Positions 21,675-34,164 of a DNA stretch of 64,000 nt are shown piece after piece. Numbering within the stretch: the stretch's first letter is position 1; every line of letters begins with the position of its first letter. This stretch comes from an uncultured Bacteroides sp. (lineage in GTDB: Bacteria; Bacteroidota; Bacteroidia; Bacteroidales; Muribaculaceae). Under the pieces are notes generated by a model. It was not told the origin of the DNA and made no database searches. It saw only the letters and a program-made list of their open reading frames with translations. The DNA lies in NCBI GenBank assembly GCA_964447895.1, contig CAYUUN010000003.1, positions 15,825-79,824 on the forward strand. The letters are read 5' to 3'. The translations under genes were made by a program, and so were the position numbers.

Positions 21675-23321
21675 TTACTTCAGGGCGCAGCCTTTGCATT
21701 TCTCGGAAATCTCCGTGAAGAAGTCGTTGCCCTTGTCGTCCACGAGGATGAATGCGGGGAAGTCTTCCACCTCGATTTTCCAGATAGCCTCCATGCCCAG
21801 TTCGGGGTATTCGAGCAGTTCAACGCTCTTGATGGAGTTCTGGGCCAGGACAGCGGCAGGACCGCCAATGCTGCCCAGATAGAAGCCGCCGTGCTTGTGG
21901 CAGGCCTCAGTCACCTGCTTCGAGCGATTGCCCTTTGCAATCATGATCATGGAGCCGCCGGCATCCTGGAACTGGTCTACGTAGGGGTCCATGCGTCCTG
22001 CGGTCGTGGGACCGAACGAACCGCTGGCCATGCCTGCGGGAGTCTTGGCCGGACCGGCATAGTAGATGGGATGGTCCTTGAGATACTGAGGCATGGGTTC
22101 GCCGGCATCAAGGCGCTGCTTGATTTTAGCGTGGGCGATGTCGCGGCCCACTATGATGGTGCCGTTGAGCGACAGACGCGTGCTCACGGGATATTTCGAC
22201 AGTTCGGCGAGAACTTCGGGCATGGGGCGGTTCAGGTCGATGCGCACCACCTCGCCCTCGCCCTGCTTGCGGTAGGCTTCGGGGATGAGTTCGCCGGGAT
22301 TGCTGTCGAGTTTCTCAATCCACAGGCCCTCACGGTTGATTTTAGCCTTGACGTTGCGGTCGGCCGAGCAGCTCACGCCCATACCGATGGGACAGGAAGC
22401 GCCGTGGCGCGGCAGACGAATCACGCGGATATCGTGGGCGAAATACTTGCCGCCGAACTGTGCGCCCAGGCCCAGTTCTTCAGCTGCCTTCTTGAGCACC
22501 TTCTCGAGCTCGACGTCGCGGAAAGCGTGGCCCAGCTCATTGCCTTCGGTGGGCAGGTTGTCGTAGTACTTCACCGAAGCTTTCTTCACCGTGGTGAGGT
22601 TCATTTCGGCCGAGGTACCGCCGATTACGAAGGCGATGTGATAGGGAGGACATGCCGCCGTGCCCAGCGACTTCATTTTCTCGACAAGGAAGGGCACGAG
22701 TTTTTCGGGAGTGATGATGGCCTTGGTCTCCTGATAGAGGTAGGTCTTGTTGGCCGAACCGCCGCCCTTGGCCACGAAGAGGAAATGATACTCGTCGTCG
22801 TGTCCGGCGTGGATGTCGATCTGTGCCGGGAGGTTGCAACCGGTGTTCACCTCGTCGTACATGTTGAGAGGTGCGTTCTGGCTGTAGCGGAGATTGTCGG
22901 TCGTGTAGGTGTCGTACACACCTTTGCTGATGTATTTCTCGTCGTTGGCGCCCGTGAAGACGTACTGGCCCTTCTCGCCATGAACGATGGCCGTGCCGGT
23001 GTCCTGGCAGAACGGCAGCTGGCCTTTGGCGGCCACTTCGGCGTTGCGCAGCATCGTCAGAGCCACGAACTTGTCGTTCTCGCTTGCCTCGGGGTCGGCG
23101 AGAATTTTAGCTACCATGGCGTTGTGCTCGCGGCGCAGCATGAAGGCGTTGTCGTGAGTGGCCTGACGCGCAAGCACGGTGAGGGCTTCGGGGTCCACGA
23201 CAAGAAACTCGTGACCGCCCCAATTTTCCACCTTCACATAGTCTTTGGTGAGGTGGTAATATTCAGTAGTGTCGGGTCCCAGAGGGAACATCTCCTGATA
23301 CTTGAATGGTTTTGTTGCCAT
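21675..23321 (-). CDS. Class I (Fe-S dependent) fumarate hydratase
   Basis: 548-aa fused alpha/beta class I fumarase ([18 protein letters not shown]-terminal GPTTAGRMD and KGNRS motifs). Confidence 0.95.
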   Translation of the reverse strand: MATKPFKYQEMFPLGPDTTEYYHLTKDYVKVENWGGHEFLVVDPEALTVLARQATHDNAFMLRREHNAMVAKILADPEASENDKFVALTMLRNAEVAAKGQLPFCQDTGTAIVHGEKGQYVFTGANDEKYISKGVYDTYTTDNLRYSQNAPLNMYDEVNTGCNLPAQIDIHAGHDDEYHFLFVAKGGGSANKTYLYQETKAIITPEKLVPFLVEKMKSLGTAACPPYHIAFVIGGTSAEMNLTTVKKASVKYYDNLPTEGNELGHAFRDVELEKVLKKAAEELGLGAQFGGKYFAHDIRVIRLPRHGASCPIGMGVSCSADRNVKAKINREGLWIEKLDSNPGELIPEAYRKQGEGEVVRIDLNRPMPEVLAELSKYPVSTRLSLNGTIIVGRDIAHAKIKQRLDAGEPMPQYLKDHPIYYAGPAKTPAGMASGSFGPTTAGRMDPYVDQFQDAGGSMIMIAKGNRSKQVTEACHKHGGFYLGSIGGPAAVLAQNSIKSVELLEYPELGMEAIWKIEVEDFPAFILVDDKGNDFFTEISEKCKGCALK

Positions 23322-23361
23322 ATAATAATTTGTTTGACCGTTTGGTCGGTTATTGTAAGCG

Positions 23362-23369
23362 CAAAATTA
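23362..23369 (-). promoter_or_regulatory. -7 promoter box for fumarate hydratase
   Basis: Minus strand reads TAATTTTG, 40 nt upstream of ATG 23321. Confidence 0.5.
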
Positions 23370-23394
23370 TAAAATAGTGGTCATAAATGCAAGC

Positions 23395-25419
23395 CTACTT
23401 GAAAAAACCGTTTTCTTCCCTCGTTGTGCGTGCAGGAGCTTCGGCCGTGGCGGCAGCCAGCGAGGCGGGCAGCCACACTGCCATGTCGCCCTCGCCGCGG
23501 TGTGCCCAGGCATAATAGGGAATCATCTTCAGCTGGCGGTCGGCCACAGTCAGACGGCCGTCTTCGCCGTAGGCAAGCAGCTGAACAGGCATTTTAATAG
23601 TGGCCACGCCGCCCAGCATCTCGCCGCAGGGCTCGGCCTCGGGTTTGGCTCCTGCGGGCAGCAGCACGTTGTGGACGCAGAAATCGTTGTCGGGCCACTC
23701 GGCGCAGTACACAAGCGGACCACGCTCCACGGCCAGGCGACCGCGGTCGTCGGCCACGGCATCATGAGCTTTCACCAGGCGTGCGGGCATGTCGAAATGA
23801 ATCTTCACTTCGTCGCCTTTCTTCCACTTGCGGTCTACCACCATGTAGCCGTTGCGCAGCTCGCCCGAGACGTATTCGCCGTTCACGCTCACGGTCCAGG
23901 CAGGCGTAAGGTCGTCGGCATAGCTGTAGAGGTCGCCGGGCACCACGCTGTTGCGCACCCAGCCGGGAATACGGATGTTCATGGCGAAATCTCCGCCGCC
24001 GTTTTCAACCTTCAGGTTCACGTCGCCGTCGTAGGGGTAGCCTGTCGACTGGCGAAGTCTTACGTTGCGGTTGCCCACGGCCACGTCGGCGGTGTTGTCG
24101 AGAAACAGATTCACGAACACATCACGGTCGCGCACGGCATACACATATCCCGGCAGCGACGGAATGAATCGGCTGATGTTGCTGGGGCAGCAAGCGCAGC
24201 CGAACCACGGCTGGCGGGAATAATTGCCCGTCGATGCCAGCGGATTGGGATAGAAAAACGATCCGCCATCCATCGACACGCCGGATATAAGGCCGTTGTA
24301 GAGCGTTCGCTCCAGCACGTCGAAGTATTTCGCATCGGCGTGGAGCAGGAACAGACGGTAGTTCACATATACATTGCCTATGGCTGCGCAGGTTTCGTTG
24401 TAGGCCGTGGCGTTGGGCAGCTCGTAGTCGGCGCCGAAAGCCTCGCCGGCGTGGCGTGCGCCTATACCACCGGTGATATACAGCTTCTTGCCCGTGATAT
24501 TGTCCCAAATCCTGTCGATAGCCTTGATATAGGCACTGTCGCCCGTGATGGCGGCGACATCGGCCATGCCGGCATACATGTATGTGGCGCGCACGGCGTG
24601 GCCCACGGCCTCGCTCTGCTCAAGCACGGGGATGTGGGACTGCGCGTACATGTCGCGGCGCGGCGTGGTGCCGCGTGCCTCCAGGAAAAATTTGGCCTGG
24701 TCGAGATATTTCCGGTCGCCGGTCACGGTGTAGAGACGCACCAGCGCCATCTCGGCTATCTGATGGCCGGGCACGAGGCGACGCTGGTTGTCGCCGTTGC
24801 CTATGTTGCGGCACACGCAATCGGCATAGCGCATGGCTATGTCCAGGAAATTTCTTTTTCCTGTGGCCTGGTAGTGGGCCACTGCACCCTCAATCATGTG
24901 TCCGAGGTTATAGAACTCGTGGGAGAGAAGTTCCACCTCGTCCCAACGGCCGCCTTTGGCCCAGTCGTGAGGGTTGTCGGGGTTCTGCGTGCGCGCGGTG
25001 AAAAGATAGCCGTCGGGCTCCTGGGCCGCCGCCACTATTTCAAGAATGCTGTCTATATAGGCCTCCAGTTTCTTGTCGGGATAGGAACTGAGGCGATAGG
25101 AAGCTCCCTCGATGGTCTTGTACACATCCGTGTCGTCGAAAGGGAAACCCGTGGCATGGTATTCGCTCCTTGGAGCGGCTGCGCGCTTGAAGTTCTCGTA
25201 TCGGCCGCTTTCCTCGCATTTGCTGAAAGCCAGAGGGATAGTGACATCGCGGCTCGCTGCCATACGGTCGGCCCAGAAACCGCCGTCGACGTTCACGGAG
25301 GTAAACGGAACCGGCGTCACCGGGTAGCCGCTCTGAATCACGGCCTGTTTCCTTGCGTGCGCGCCGGATGAAATTCCGGCCGCCAAAATCAAAACTGGTA
25401 TTAGTTTGTTAATATTCAT
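23395..25419 (-). CDS. Glycoside hydrolase family 127 (beta-L-arabinofuranosidase-like, DUF1680)
   Basis: Signal peptide. HEFYNLGHMIEGAVAHY, YNETCAAIG and WFGCACCPSN (Glu/Cys zinc site with the nucleophile Cys, as in HypBA1-type GH127). Confidence 0.88.
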   Translation of the reverse strand: MNINKLIPVLILAAGISSGAHARKQAVIQSGYPVTPVPFTSVNVDGGFWADRMAASRDVTIPLAFSKCEESGRYENFKRAAAPRSEYHATGFPFDDTDVYKTIEGASYRLSSYPDKKLEAYIDSILEIVAAAQEPDGYLFTARTQNPDNPHDWAKGGRWDEVELLSHEFYNLGHMIEGAVAHYQATGKRNFLDIAMRYADCVCRNIGNGDNQRRLVPGHQIAEMALVRLYTVTGDRKYLDQAKFFLEARGTTPRRDMYAQSHIPVLEQSEAVGHAVRATYMYAGMADVAAITGDSAYIKAIDRIWDNITGKKLYITGGIGARHAGEAFGADYELPNATAYNETCAAIGNVYVNYRLFLLHADAKYFDVLERTLYNGLISGVSMDGGSFFYPNPLASTGNYSRQPWFGCACCPSNISRFIPSLPGYVYAVRDRDVFVNLFLDNTADVAVGNRNVRLRQSTGYPYDGDVNLKVENGGGDFAMNIRIPGWVRNSVVPGDLYSYADDLTPAWTVSVNGEYVSGELRNGYMVVDRKWKKGDEVKIHFDMPARLVKAHDAVADDRGRLAVERGPLVYCAEWPDNDFCVHNVLLPAGAKPEAEPCGEMLGGVATIKMPVQLLAYGEDGRLTVADRQLKMIPYYAWAHRGEGDMAVWLPASLAAATAEAPARTTREENGFFK

Positions 25420-25441
25420 ATAGGTATTTTAGTGCGTTGCA

Positions 25442-25449
25442 CAAAGGTA
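25442..25449 (-). promoter_or_regulatory. -7 promoter box for GH127
   Basis: Minus strand reads TACCTTTG, 22 nt upstream of ATG 25419. Confidence 0.4.
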
Positions 25450-25482
25450 CTACAATTGTTTGTAAAAACATAAAATATTAGC

Positions 25483-25490
25483 TAATTTTG
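25483..25490 (+). promoter_or_regulatory. -7 promoter box for the DUF3737-patB-MATE-kinase-DUF3037 operon
   Basis: TAATTTTG, 17 nt upstream of ATG 25508. I found no other box before 30091. Confidence 0.5.
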
Positions 25491-25507
25491 CATAACAAAT
25501 CAACGAT

Positions 25508-26353
25508 ATGGAACTGATAAAAAACGAAGAACTGGGCGGCGAACGCCCCCTGTTCGGAAGCCATGACCTGCGTCTTGAAAACGTAACCATCCATGCCGGC
25601 GAGTCGGCGATAAAGAATTGCCGGAATATCGAAGCCGTGGACTGCCGCTTTGAAGGAAAATACCCCTTCTGGCACGTCGACGGTTTCCGCATCGACAAAT
25701 GCGAGTTCACCCCCAGCGCGCGTGCCGCCCTCTGGTATTCGCGCGGCCTGGTGATGACCGACACTCAGGTCGATGCACCCAAGATGTTCCGCGAGATGCA
25801 CTCGCTCATTCTCGAGCGCGTGAATATCCCCGATGCCCAGGAGACAATGTGGCACTGCTCGGACATCACGCTGCGCGACGTCACCACGGCCAATGCCGAC
25901 TATATCTTCATGCATTGCTCCGACATCCGCATCGACCGCTACCGCCAGGACGGTAACTATTCCTTCCAGTATTGCAAGAACGTAGAGATACGCAACGCTG
26001 AGATTCATTCAAAAGATGCCTTCTGGAACACGGAGAACGTGACTGTCTACGACTCCGTCCTCTCCGGCGAATACCTGGGATGGCACTCGCGCAACCTGCG
26101 CCTGGTGCGCTGCCACATCAGCGGCACGCAGCCTCTGTGCTACTGCGAGAATCTCGTGCTGGAAGACTGCACTTTCGCCGACGACTGCGACCGCGCTTTT
26201 GAAGACAGCGACGTGAACGCCCGGGTTAATTCCCACATCGTGAGCATCGTCAATCCCCGCTCGGGCGAGATTCACTGCAAGAGCGTGGGCGACATTCACC
26301 TCGACGAATTTATCAAGGAACCAGCCAATTGCCGAATAGAGAGCGATCTATGA
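25508..26353 (+). CDS. DUF3737 family protein (predicted right-handed beta-helix)
   Basis: 281 aa. The N-terminus EELGGERPLFGSHDLRLENV...ESAIKNCRNIEAVDCRFEGKYPFWH and the repeated ~22-aa beta-helix-like periodicity resemble DUF3737 as I recall it. Confidence 0.65.
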   Translation: MELIKNEELGGERPLFGSHDLRLENVTIHAGESAIKNCRNIEAVDCRFEGKYPFWHVDGFRIDKCEFTPSARAALWYSRGLVMTDTQVDAPKMFREMHSLILERVNIPDAQETMWHCSDITLRDVTTANADYIFMHCSDIRIDRYRQDGNYSFQYCKNVEIRNAEIHSKDAFWNTENVTVYDSVLSGEYLGWHSRNLRLVRCHISGTQPLCYCENLVLEDCTFADDCDRAFEDSDVNARVNSHIVSIVNPRSGEIHCKSVGDIHLDEFIKEPANCRIESDL

Positions 26354-27531
26354 TTTCCCGCTACGACTTCGACCGCAGTGCCCCTGACCGTCGCGGCACC
26401 GCCTCCTACAAATGGGACTCGGCCGACTCCGGGGATGTGATTCCCCTGTGGGTAGCCGACATGGATTTCCGCACGGCACCGGCTGTCATTGACGCACTGC
26501 GGCGCCGCGTCGACCACGGCGTGTTCGGATATGTGAAGGTGCCCGACGAATACTTCGGCGCCCTCACCCATTGGTTCGCCTCGCGCCACGGCTGGTCGTT
26601 CTCCCGCGAAGACGTCATATACACCTCCGGCGTGGTCCCGGCCATATCGGCCATAATAAAGGCCCTGTGCAAGCCCGGCGACGGAGTGGTGGTGCAGACT
26701 CCGGTCTATAATTGCTTCTTTTCGTCGATAAGAAACAACGGTTGCCGAGTGGTGGAAAACCCGCTGCTTCGTGAAGATTTCCCTGACGGCACCTTCACCT
26801 ACCGCATGGATTTCGACGGCCTCGAGAGCCTTGTGTCGTCGCCGGATTGCAAGCTCCTGCTGCTGTGCAACCCCCACAATCCGGCGGGGCGTTGCTGGAC
26901 GGCCGACGAACTGGCGCACGTGGCGGAAATATGCGGCCGCCACGGAGCCACTGTCGTGAGCGACGAGATTCATTGCGAGCTCACTATGCCCGGCATCGTC
27001 TTCACGCCTTTCGCCACCGTCGCCGGCAGGTGCAGCTATGTGGTGTGCAACTCCCCCAGCAAGGCCTTCAACACTGCCGGACTGCAGATAGCCAATATAA
27101 TATGCCCATCGGCCGAGATGCGTGCGGCCATCGACCGGGCCATCAACATCAACGAGGTGTGCGATGTAAATCCTTTCGGTGTCGTGGGGCTTATTGCCGC
27201 CTACAACGAAAGCGGCGAGTGGCTTGATGAGCTCCGGGAGTATATCAGGGGCAACTATCAGGCGTTCCGGGATTTCATGGACCTGGAATTGCCTCGGCTC
27301 CCCTACTCCCGCCTCGAGGCTACCTACCTTGCATGGGTGGATATACGTCCCACGGGGCGCCGCGGTGAGGAAATAGAACACGAGCTCATTACTAAGAATA
27401 AAGTGTGGGTCAACGCCGGCGGTATGTACGGCTGCGACGATTACATACGCATAAATCTCGCGTGCCCCCGGGAGCGGCTCCTTGAAGGGCTGCGACGCAT
27501 GGCCGACGGTATTTCGCAGTGGCTGAAATAA
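26350..27531 (+). CDS. MalY/PatB-type PLP-dependent cystathionine beta-lyase / C-S lyase
   Basis: RRGTASYKWD, LWVADMDF, NPHNPAGR and NSPSKAFNTAG (PLP lysine). ATG 26350 forms an ATGA overlap with the DUF3737 stop. Confidence 0.85.
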   Translation: MISRYDFDRSAPDRRGTASYKWDSADSGDVIPLWVADMDFRTAPAVIDALRRRVDHGVFGYVKVPDEYFGALTHWFASRHGWSFSREDVIYTSGVVPAISAIIKALCKPGDGVVVQTPVYNCFFSSIRNNGCRVVENPLLREDFPDGTFTYRMDFDGLESLVSSPDCKLLLLCNPHNPAGRCWTADELAHVAEICGRHGATVVSDEIHCELTMPGIVFTPFATVAGRCSYVVCNSPSKAFNTAGLQIANIICPSAEMRAAIDRAININEVCDVNPFGVVGLIAAYNESGEWLDELREYIRGNYQAFRDFMDLELPRLPYSRLEATYLAWVDIRPTGRRGEEIEHELITKNKVWVNAGGMYGCDDYIRINLACPRERLLEGLRRMADGISQWLK

Positions 27532-27554
27532 CTCAAATACGCGACGGCGCCCAC

Positions 27555-28943
27555 ATGAATTTCGGCGACAAACTGGCACTCGCTGCCAAGTTGTCGCTGC
27601 CTGCCATCATGGCCCAGCTGTCGAGTATCCTGATGCAGTACATTGACGCGTCCATGGTGGGACGGTTGGGTGCCGACTCTGCCGCATCGGTAGGTCTCGT
27701 GAGCAGTTCGCTGTGGCTGTTCTGGGGCATTTGCTCCATGTTCACCATGGGTTTTTCGGTGCAGGTGGCCCACCGTCTCGGCGCGAAGGAGACCGACGAC
27801 GCCCGCTCGGTAGTGCGCCAGGGTCTCACCACTTGCCTGCTCTTCGGATTCGCGATGGGCGGCATAGGCCTGGCCATTTCTCCATGGCTTCCGGGATGGC
27901 TGGGTGGCGAGGTGCAGGTGCGCGCCGGTGCCTCGCTGTATTTCGGCGTATTCGTGGCCGCACTCCCCGTTCTTACACTCAACTATATGGCGGGTGGAAT
28001 GCTGCGATGCGCCGGAAACATGAAAGTGCCGAGCGTGTTGAATGTGCTCATGTGCGTGCTCGACGTCGTGTTCAACTTCTTCCTGATTTTTCCGTCCAGG
28101 GAAATCAATGTTTTTGGCGCGCAGCTCTACATGCCGGGCGCAGGTCTGGGCGTACTTGGCGCCGCCCTCGGCACGGTCCTTGCCGAAGCTGTGGTGGCGG
28201 CTCTGATGCTTTGGCACCTGCTTGCGCGGCAGGCCGACCTGTCCATCAAGGGTACGCGCGGAAGTTTCCGGCCCACGGCCGACGTGTTGCGGCGTGCCGT
28301 CAAGATTTCGGCACCCATGACCCTACAGCAGGCGCTTTTCAGCGGCGCGCAGATTATGATCACCATAATAGTGGCCCCGATTGGCGTGGTGGCTATTGCG
28401 GCAAACGCATTTGCCGTCACGGCCGAAAGTCTCTGCTACATGCCCGGTTTCGGCATCTCCGACGCGGCCACCGCCCTTACGGGGCAGAGTTTCGGTGCGC
28501 GCCGTCCGGCCCTGGTGCGCAGTTTCGGCTATATCACCGTGGGAATGGGCATGGCCGTGATGACCGTGATGGGACTGGTGATGTACCTGGCCGCTCCGCT
28601 CATGATGGATATAATGACTCCCGTGGCCGCCATCAAGGAGCTGGGCACGGAAGTGCTGCGCATCGAGGCATGGGCCGAACCGATGTATGCAGCGTCAATC
28701 GTGGCTTATGGCGCCATGGTGGGCGTGGGCGACACCAAGATTCCGGCCGTGATGAACTTCGGCAGCATCTGGCTCGTGCGCATCCCTGTGGCCGCATTGC
28801 TGGCCCCCAGAATGGGCCTTCGGGGCGTGTGGATAGCCATGGCTCTGGAACTGACATTCCGCGGAGCGATATTTCTATGGCGACTCATATCAGGCGCATG
28901 GTATAAACACATTCATGTCAACACTGTAAATGAAAGCAATTGA
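27555..28943 (+). CDS. MATE family efflux transporter
   Basis: About 462 aa and 12 TM segments. N-terminal LSLPAIMAQLSSILMQYIDASMVGRLG motif typical of MATE/NorM. Start chosen at ATG 27555. Confidence 0.85.
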   Translation: MNFGDKLALAAKLSLPAIMAQLSSILMQYIDASMVGRLGADSAASVGLVSSSLWLFWGICSMFTMGFSVQVAHRLGAKETDDARSVVRQGLTTCLLFGFAMGGIGLAISPWLPGWLGGEVQVRAGASLYFGVFVAALPVLTLNYMAGGMLRCAGNMKVPSVLNVLMCVLDVVFNFFLIFPSREINVFGAQLYMPGAGLGVLGAALGTVLAEAVVAALMLWHLLARQADLSIKGTRGSFRPTADVLRRAVKISAPMTLQQALFSGAQIMITIIVAPIGVVAIAANAFAVTAESLCYMPGFGISDAATALTGQSFGARRPALVRSFGYITVGMGMAVMTVMGLVMYLAAPLMMDIMTPVAAIKELGTEVLRIEAWAEPMYAASIVAYGAMVGVGDTKIPAVMNFGSIWLVRIPVAALLAPRMGLRGVWIAMALELTFRGAIFLWRLISGAWYKHIHVNTVNESN

Positions 28944-29730
28944 ACCACTGAGGCATGTGTCCCTCACACGATATATAGAACCCCTGCGCGAAGGCGGCTC
29001 GCTGCCCGCTCTGGCCGAGGCCGACGACGGTTTCAAATATGCCGTGAAATTCCGTGGCGCGGGCCATGGGCCCAAAATGCTCGTGGCCGAGCTGATAGGC
29101 AGCGAGCTGGCGCGAGCTGCCGGATTGAAGGTGCCCGAACTCGTTTTTGTGGACGTCGATGAGGATTTCGGGCGCACTGAAGGAGACGAAGAAATTCAGG
29201 ACCTCCTCAGGGCCAGCCGTGGATTGAATCTGGGGCTGCATTATCTCGCCGGCACATACACCTGGGACACACTCGTCAACGACGTGGATGCGCTCACTGC
29301 TTCTAAAGTGCTGTGGCTCGATGCATTTCTCACGAATATCGACCGCACCGTGCGCAACACCAACATGCTGGCGTGGCGCCGCGAGCTGTGGCTCATCGAC
29401 CACGGAGCATCGCTCTATTTCCACCACTCGTGGAGCGACTGGCAGAAAGCCGCCCTTTCGTCGTTTCCCTATGTGAAGGATCATGCGTTCATACGCGAGG
29501 CTTCCGAGCTCGATGCCGCCGACAGCTTCATGCACGAGAAAATCACGCCGGAGGTAATAGACACGATTGTCGATATGGTGCCCGACGAATGGCTCACGGG
29601 CGAACCCGGCGACGGCAGTCCCACGCCGGCCGACCGTCGCGAGGTGTACAAAAACTTTCTGAAAACCCGACTCTCCAACTCCAAAATCTTTGTCGACCAT
29701 GCAAAACAAGTCAGAGCAGCATCTGTATGA
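28930..29730 (+). CDS. Minimal HipA-like (HipA_2-type) protein kinase-fold protein
   Basis: 266 aa. YAVKFRG (candidate ATP lysine), DAFLTNIDRTVRNTNML (catalytic-loop-like) and WLIDHGASL (DxG metal site). No HipA N-terminal domains. It overlaps the MATE gene by 14 nt. Confidence 0.6.
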   Translation: MKAIEPLRHVSLTRYIEPLREGGSLPALAEADDGFKYAVKFRGAGHGPKMLVAELIGSELARAAGLKVPELVFVDVDEDFGRTEGDEEIQDLLRASRGLNLGLHYLAGTYTWDTLVNDVDALTASKVLWLDAFLTNIDRTVRNTNMLAWRRELWLIDHGASLYFHHSWSDWQKAALSSFPYVKDHAFIREASELDAADSFMHEKITPEVIDTIVDMVPDEWLTGEPGDGSPTPADRREVYKNFLKTRLSNSKIFVDHAKQVRAASV

Positions 29731-30091
29731 GTATGCCATAATTCGGTACATGCCCAGCATGGAGCGGGGAGAGTTTGTGAACATCGGGCTCCTGATGATG
29801 TGCAAGCGTCGCCGTTGGCTAAAGACCCGCGTAGACTGCAACATGCCACGCATCAAGGCTATAGCTCCCAAGGGGGATGCTTCGGGACTCGACCATCAGT
29901 GTGAGGTGTTCCGCGCCATTTCAGAGGGACGCCCGGTCGGTCACCCTATCGCTTCGCTTCCGGCCGAGGAGCGCTTCCGGTGGCTCACGGCGGTGCGCAG
30001 CGCCTCGATTGTGACATCGCGCCCCCACCCCGGTTTCACTGCCGACCTCGACGCCACTTTCGAGCGCCTCTACTCGGAGCTCGTTCTCTGA
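29699..30091 (+). CDS. DUF3037 domain protein
   Basis: 130 aa from ATG 29699. YEYAIIRYMPSMERGEFVNIGLLM matches my memory of the DUF3037 signature. It overlaps the kinase gene by 32 nt. The ORF-track start 29690 is a TTG. Confidence 0.6.
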   Translation: MQNKSEQHLYEYAIIRYMPSMERGEFVNIGLLMMCKRRRWLKTRVDCNMPRIKAIAPKGDASGLDHQCEVFRAISEGRPVGHPIASLPAEERFRWLTAVRSASIVTSRPHPGFTADLDATFERLYSELVL

Positions 30092-30096
30092 ACTGA

Positions 30097-32183
<2,087 letters not shown>

Positions 32184-32187
<4 letters not shown>

Positions 32188-32861
32188 TGACAGGCCATCA
32201 GAACCTCGGCTATGGCGAGGTCCTTAGGATTTGTAATCTTTATATTGTCCGGCGCTCCGGCCGTGAGCACAATGTTGCCGTGGCCGCAATGCTCCATCAG
32301 TGAAGCATCGTCGCTGAAGCTCCCGGCGGTTTCCTTGTACGCGTCGAGCAGCAGCTTGCCCCGGAATGCCTGGGGTGTCTGCACCGCGTAGTAGCGCGAT
32401 CGGTCAACGGCATGAGTGGATGCCGGCGAGTCGCCGCGGCGCAGTGAATCTGTCACGGGCGCAGCCGGTATGGCTCCGTCGAGGTGAGCGTCGCGCATGG
32501 CTGCCACAACGCCATCAACAACATCCGCAGAGACGAGCGGCCGCGCGCCGTCGTGCACCAGTATCACGTCCGGGACATGCGGGAGCGACAGCACCGCATT
32601 GCGCACCGAATCCGACCGCGTGGCGCCTCCGGCGACTATCTCCGGCGACTCAAATCCATACTTTCCGCACAGTTCAGCCCAGAAATCCTTCATGCTCTCG
32701 CTCAGCACGAGCGTGATAGCAGCCTCGGGGATTATGCTGCGGAAGCGGTCTATGGCGTGCATGAGTACCGGCTTGCCCGCGAGCACACAGAATTGCTTGG
32801 GCACATCGGCTCCGAACCGGGAGCCGGTGCCTGCCGCAACTATGATTACGTGCAGCTTCAT
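32184..32861 (-). CDS. ispD: 2-C-methyl-D-erythritol 4-phosphate cytidylyltransferase
   Basis: [14 protein letters not shown]-terminus, then [13 protein letters not shown] overlaps at both ends (with glyA and recG). Confidence 0.9.
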
Positions 32862-34138
32862 TCAGCAAAAATGGGCATGGGAGCCATCATTGCATTCACG
32901 CGCTCGCGCACGGTGGCGATTACCTCAGGATTATCCGTGTGGCTGAGAACCTCGTCGATCAGGTCGGCCACCTCGGTCATCATGATCACGTCGGCGCCAC
33001 GTGTGGTCACCGCCGGCGTGCCCAGGCGTATGCCGGATGTCTGGAAGGGCGAGCGGCTGTCGTAGGGCACCATGTTTTTGTTTGCCGTGATATCGGCAGC
33101 AACGAGGGCCTTTTCTGCTTCCTTGCCGGTGAGTTCCGGGAAATTGCCGCGCAGGTCTATGAGCACACAGTGGTTGTCGGTGCCACCGCTCACTATCTTG
33201 TAGCCCTTCTCTTTCAGGGCCTTGGCCAGCGCGCGGGCGTTCAGCAACACATTGCGCTGATAGTCCTTGAACTGCGGCGCCAGAGCCTCGCCGAAAGCTA
33301 CGGCCTTGGCTGCTATGACGTTTTCAAGCGGGCCGCCCTGCACGCCCGGGAACACGGCCGAATCGAGCAGCTGCGACATCATTTTCACCGCGCCCTTGGG
33401 CGTGGTTTTGCCCCACGGATTCTCGAAATCCTCGCCCATGAGAATTACGCCGCCGCGCGGTCCGCGCAGCGTCTTATGCGTGGTGGAGGTCACGATGTGG
33501 GCGTATTTGAGCGGATTGTCGAGCAACCCGGCCGCAATCAGTCCGGCCGGATGCGCCATATCCACCATGAAGATGGCACCGATGCTGTCGGCTATCTTGC
33601 GCATACGCGCGTAGTCCCACTCGCGGCTGTAGGCGCTGGCGCCGCCTATGATGAGACGCGGGCGCTCGCGAAGGGCCGTTTCCTCCATCTTGTCGTAGTC
33701 CACGAGTCCGGTCTCGGGGTCCACGGAATAGTCCAGGGCGTGGAAAATGATGCCGGAGAAGTTCACGGGGCTGCCGTGGCTCAGATGTCCGCCCTGCGAG
33801 AGGTTCATGCCCATGAATTTGTCGCCGGGATTGAGGCATGCCATGAACACGGCCATATTGGCCTGCGCGCCGGAATGGGGCTGCACATTGGCCCACGCGG
33901 CTCCGAAGAGTGTCTTGAGCCTTTCGATAGCGAGGGTTTCTGCTTCATCCACCACCTCGCAACCGCCATAGTAGCGCTTGCCGGGATAGCCTTCGGCATA
34001 TTTGTTGGTGAGACAGGAGCCCATGGCAGCCATCACCTGGGGGCTCACGAAGTTCTCGGAGGCGATGAGCTCGAGGCCCATGTGCTGGCGGGCATTTTCG
34101 CGCGCAATGATGTCGAAAATCTGTTTGTCTTTATACAT
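32858..34138 (-). CDS. glyA: Serine hydroxymethyltransferase
   Basis: Canonical SHMT sequence ([29 protein letters not shown] with the PLP lysine). Confidence 0.97.
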   Translation of the reverse strand: MYKDKQIFDIIARENARQHMGLELIASENFVSPQVMAAMGSCLTNKYAEGYPGKRYYGGCEVVDEAETLAIERLKTLFGAAWANVQPHSGAQANMAVFMACLNPGDKFMGMNLSQGGHLSHGSPVNFSGIIFHALDYSVDPETGLVDYDKMEETALRERPRLIIGGASAYSREWDYARMRKIADSIGAIFMVDMAHPAGLIAAGLLDNPLKYAHIVTSTTHKTLRGPRGGVILMGEDFENPWGKTTPKGAVKMMSQLLDSAVFPGVQGGPLENVIAAKAVAFGEALAPQFKDYQRNVLLNARALAKALKEKGYKIVSGGTDNHCVLIDLRGNFPELTGKEAEKALVAADITANKNMVPYDSRSPFQTSGIRLGTPAVTTRGADVIMMTEVADLIDEVLSHTDNPEVIATVRERVNAMMAPMPIFAE

Positions 34139-34164
34139 ATGGTCTTATTTGAAGCAGAATGGTG

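Noticed and set aside
21891-25371. Very long plus-strand ORFs (493 aa and 664 aa) antisense to the fumarase and GH127 genes.
   Set aside because: The minus-strand products are unmistakable conserved enzymes. The antisense translations are low-complexity (G/A/V/H/R-rich) and have no recognisable motifs. High third-position GC suppresses stop codons on the opposite strand.
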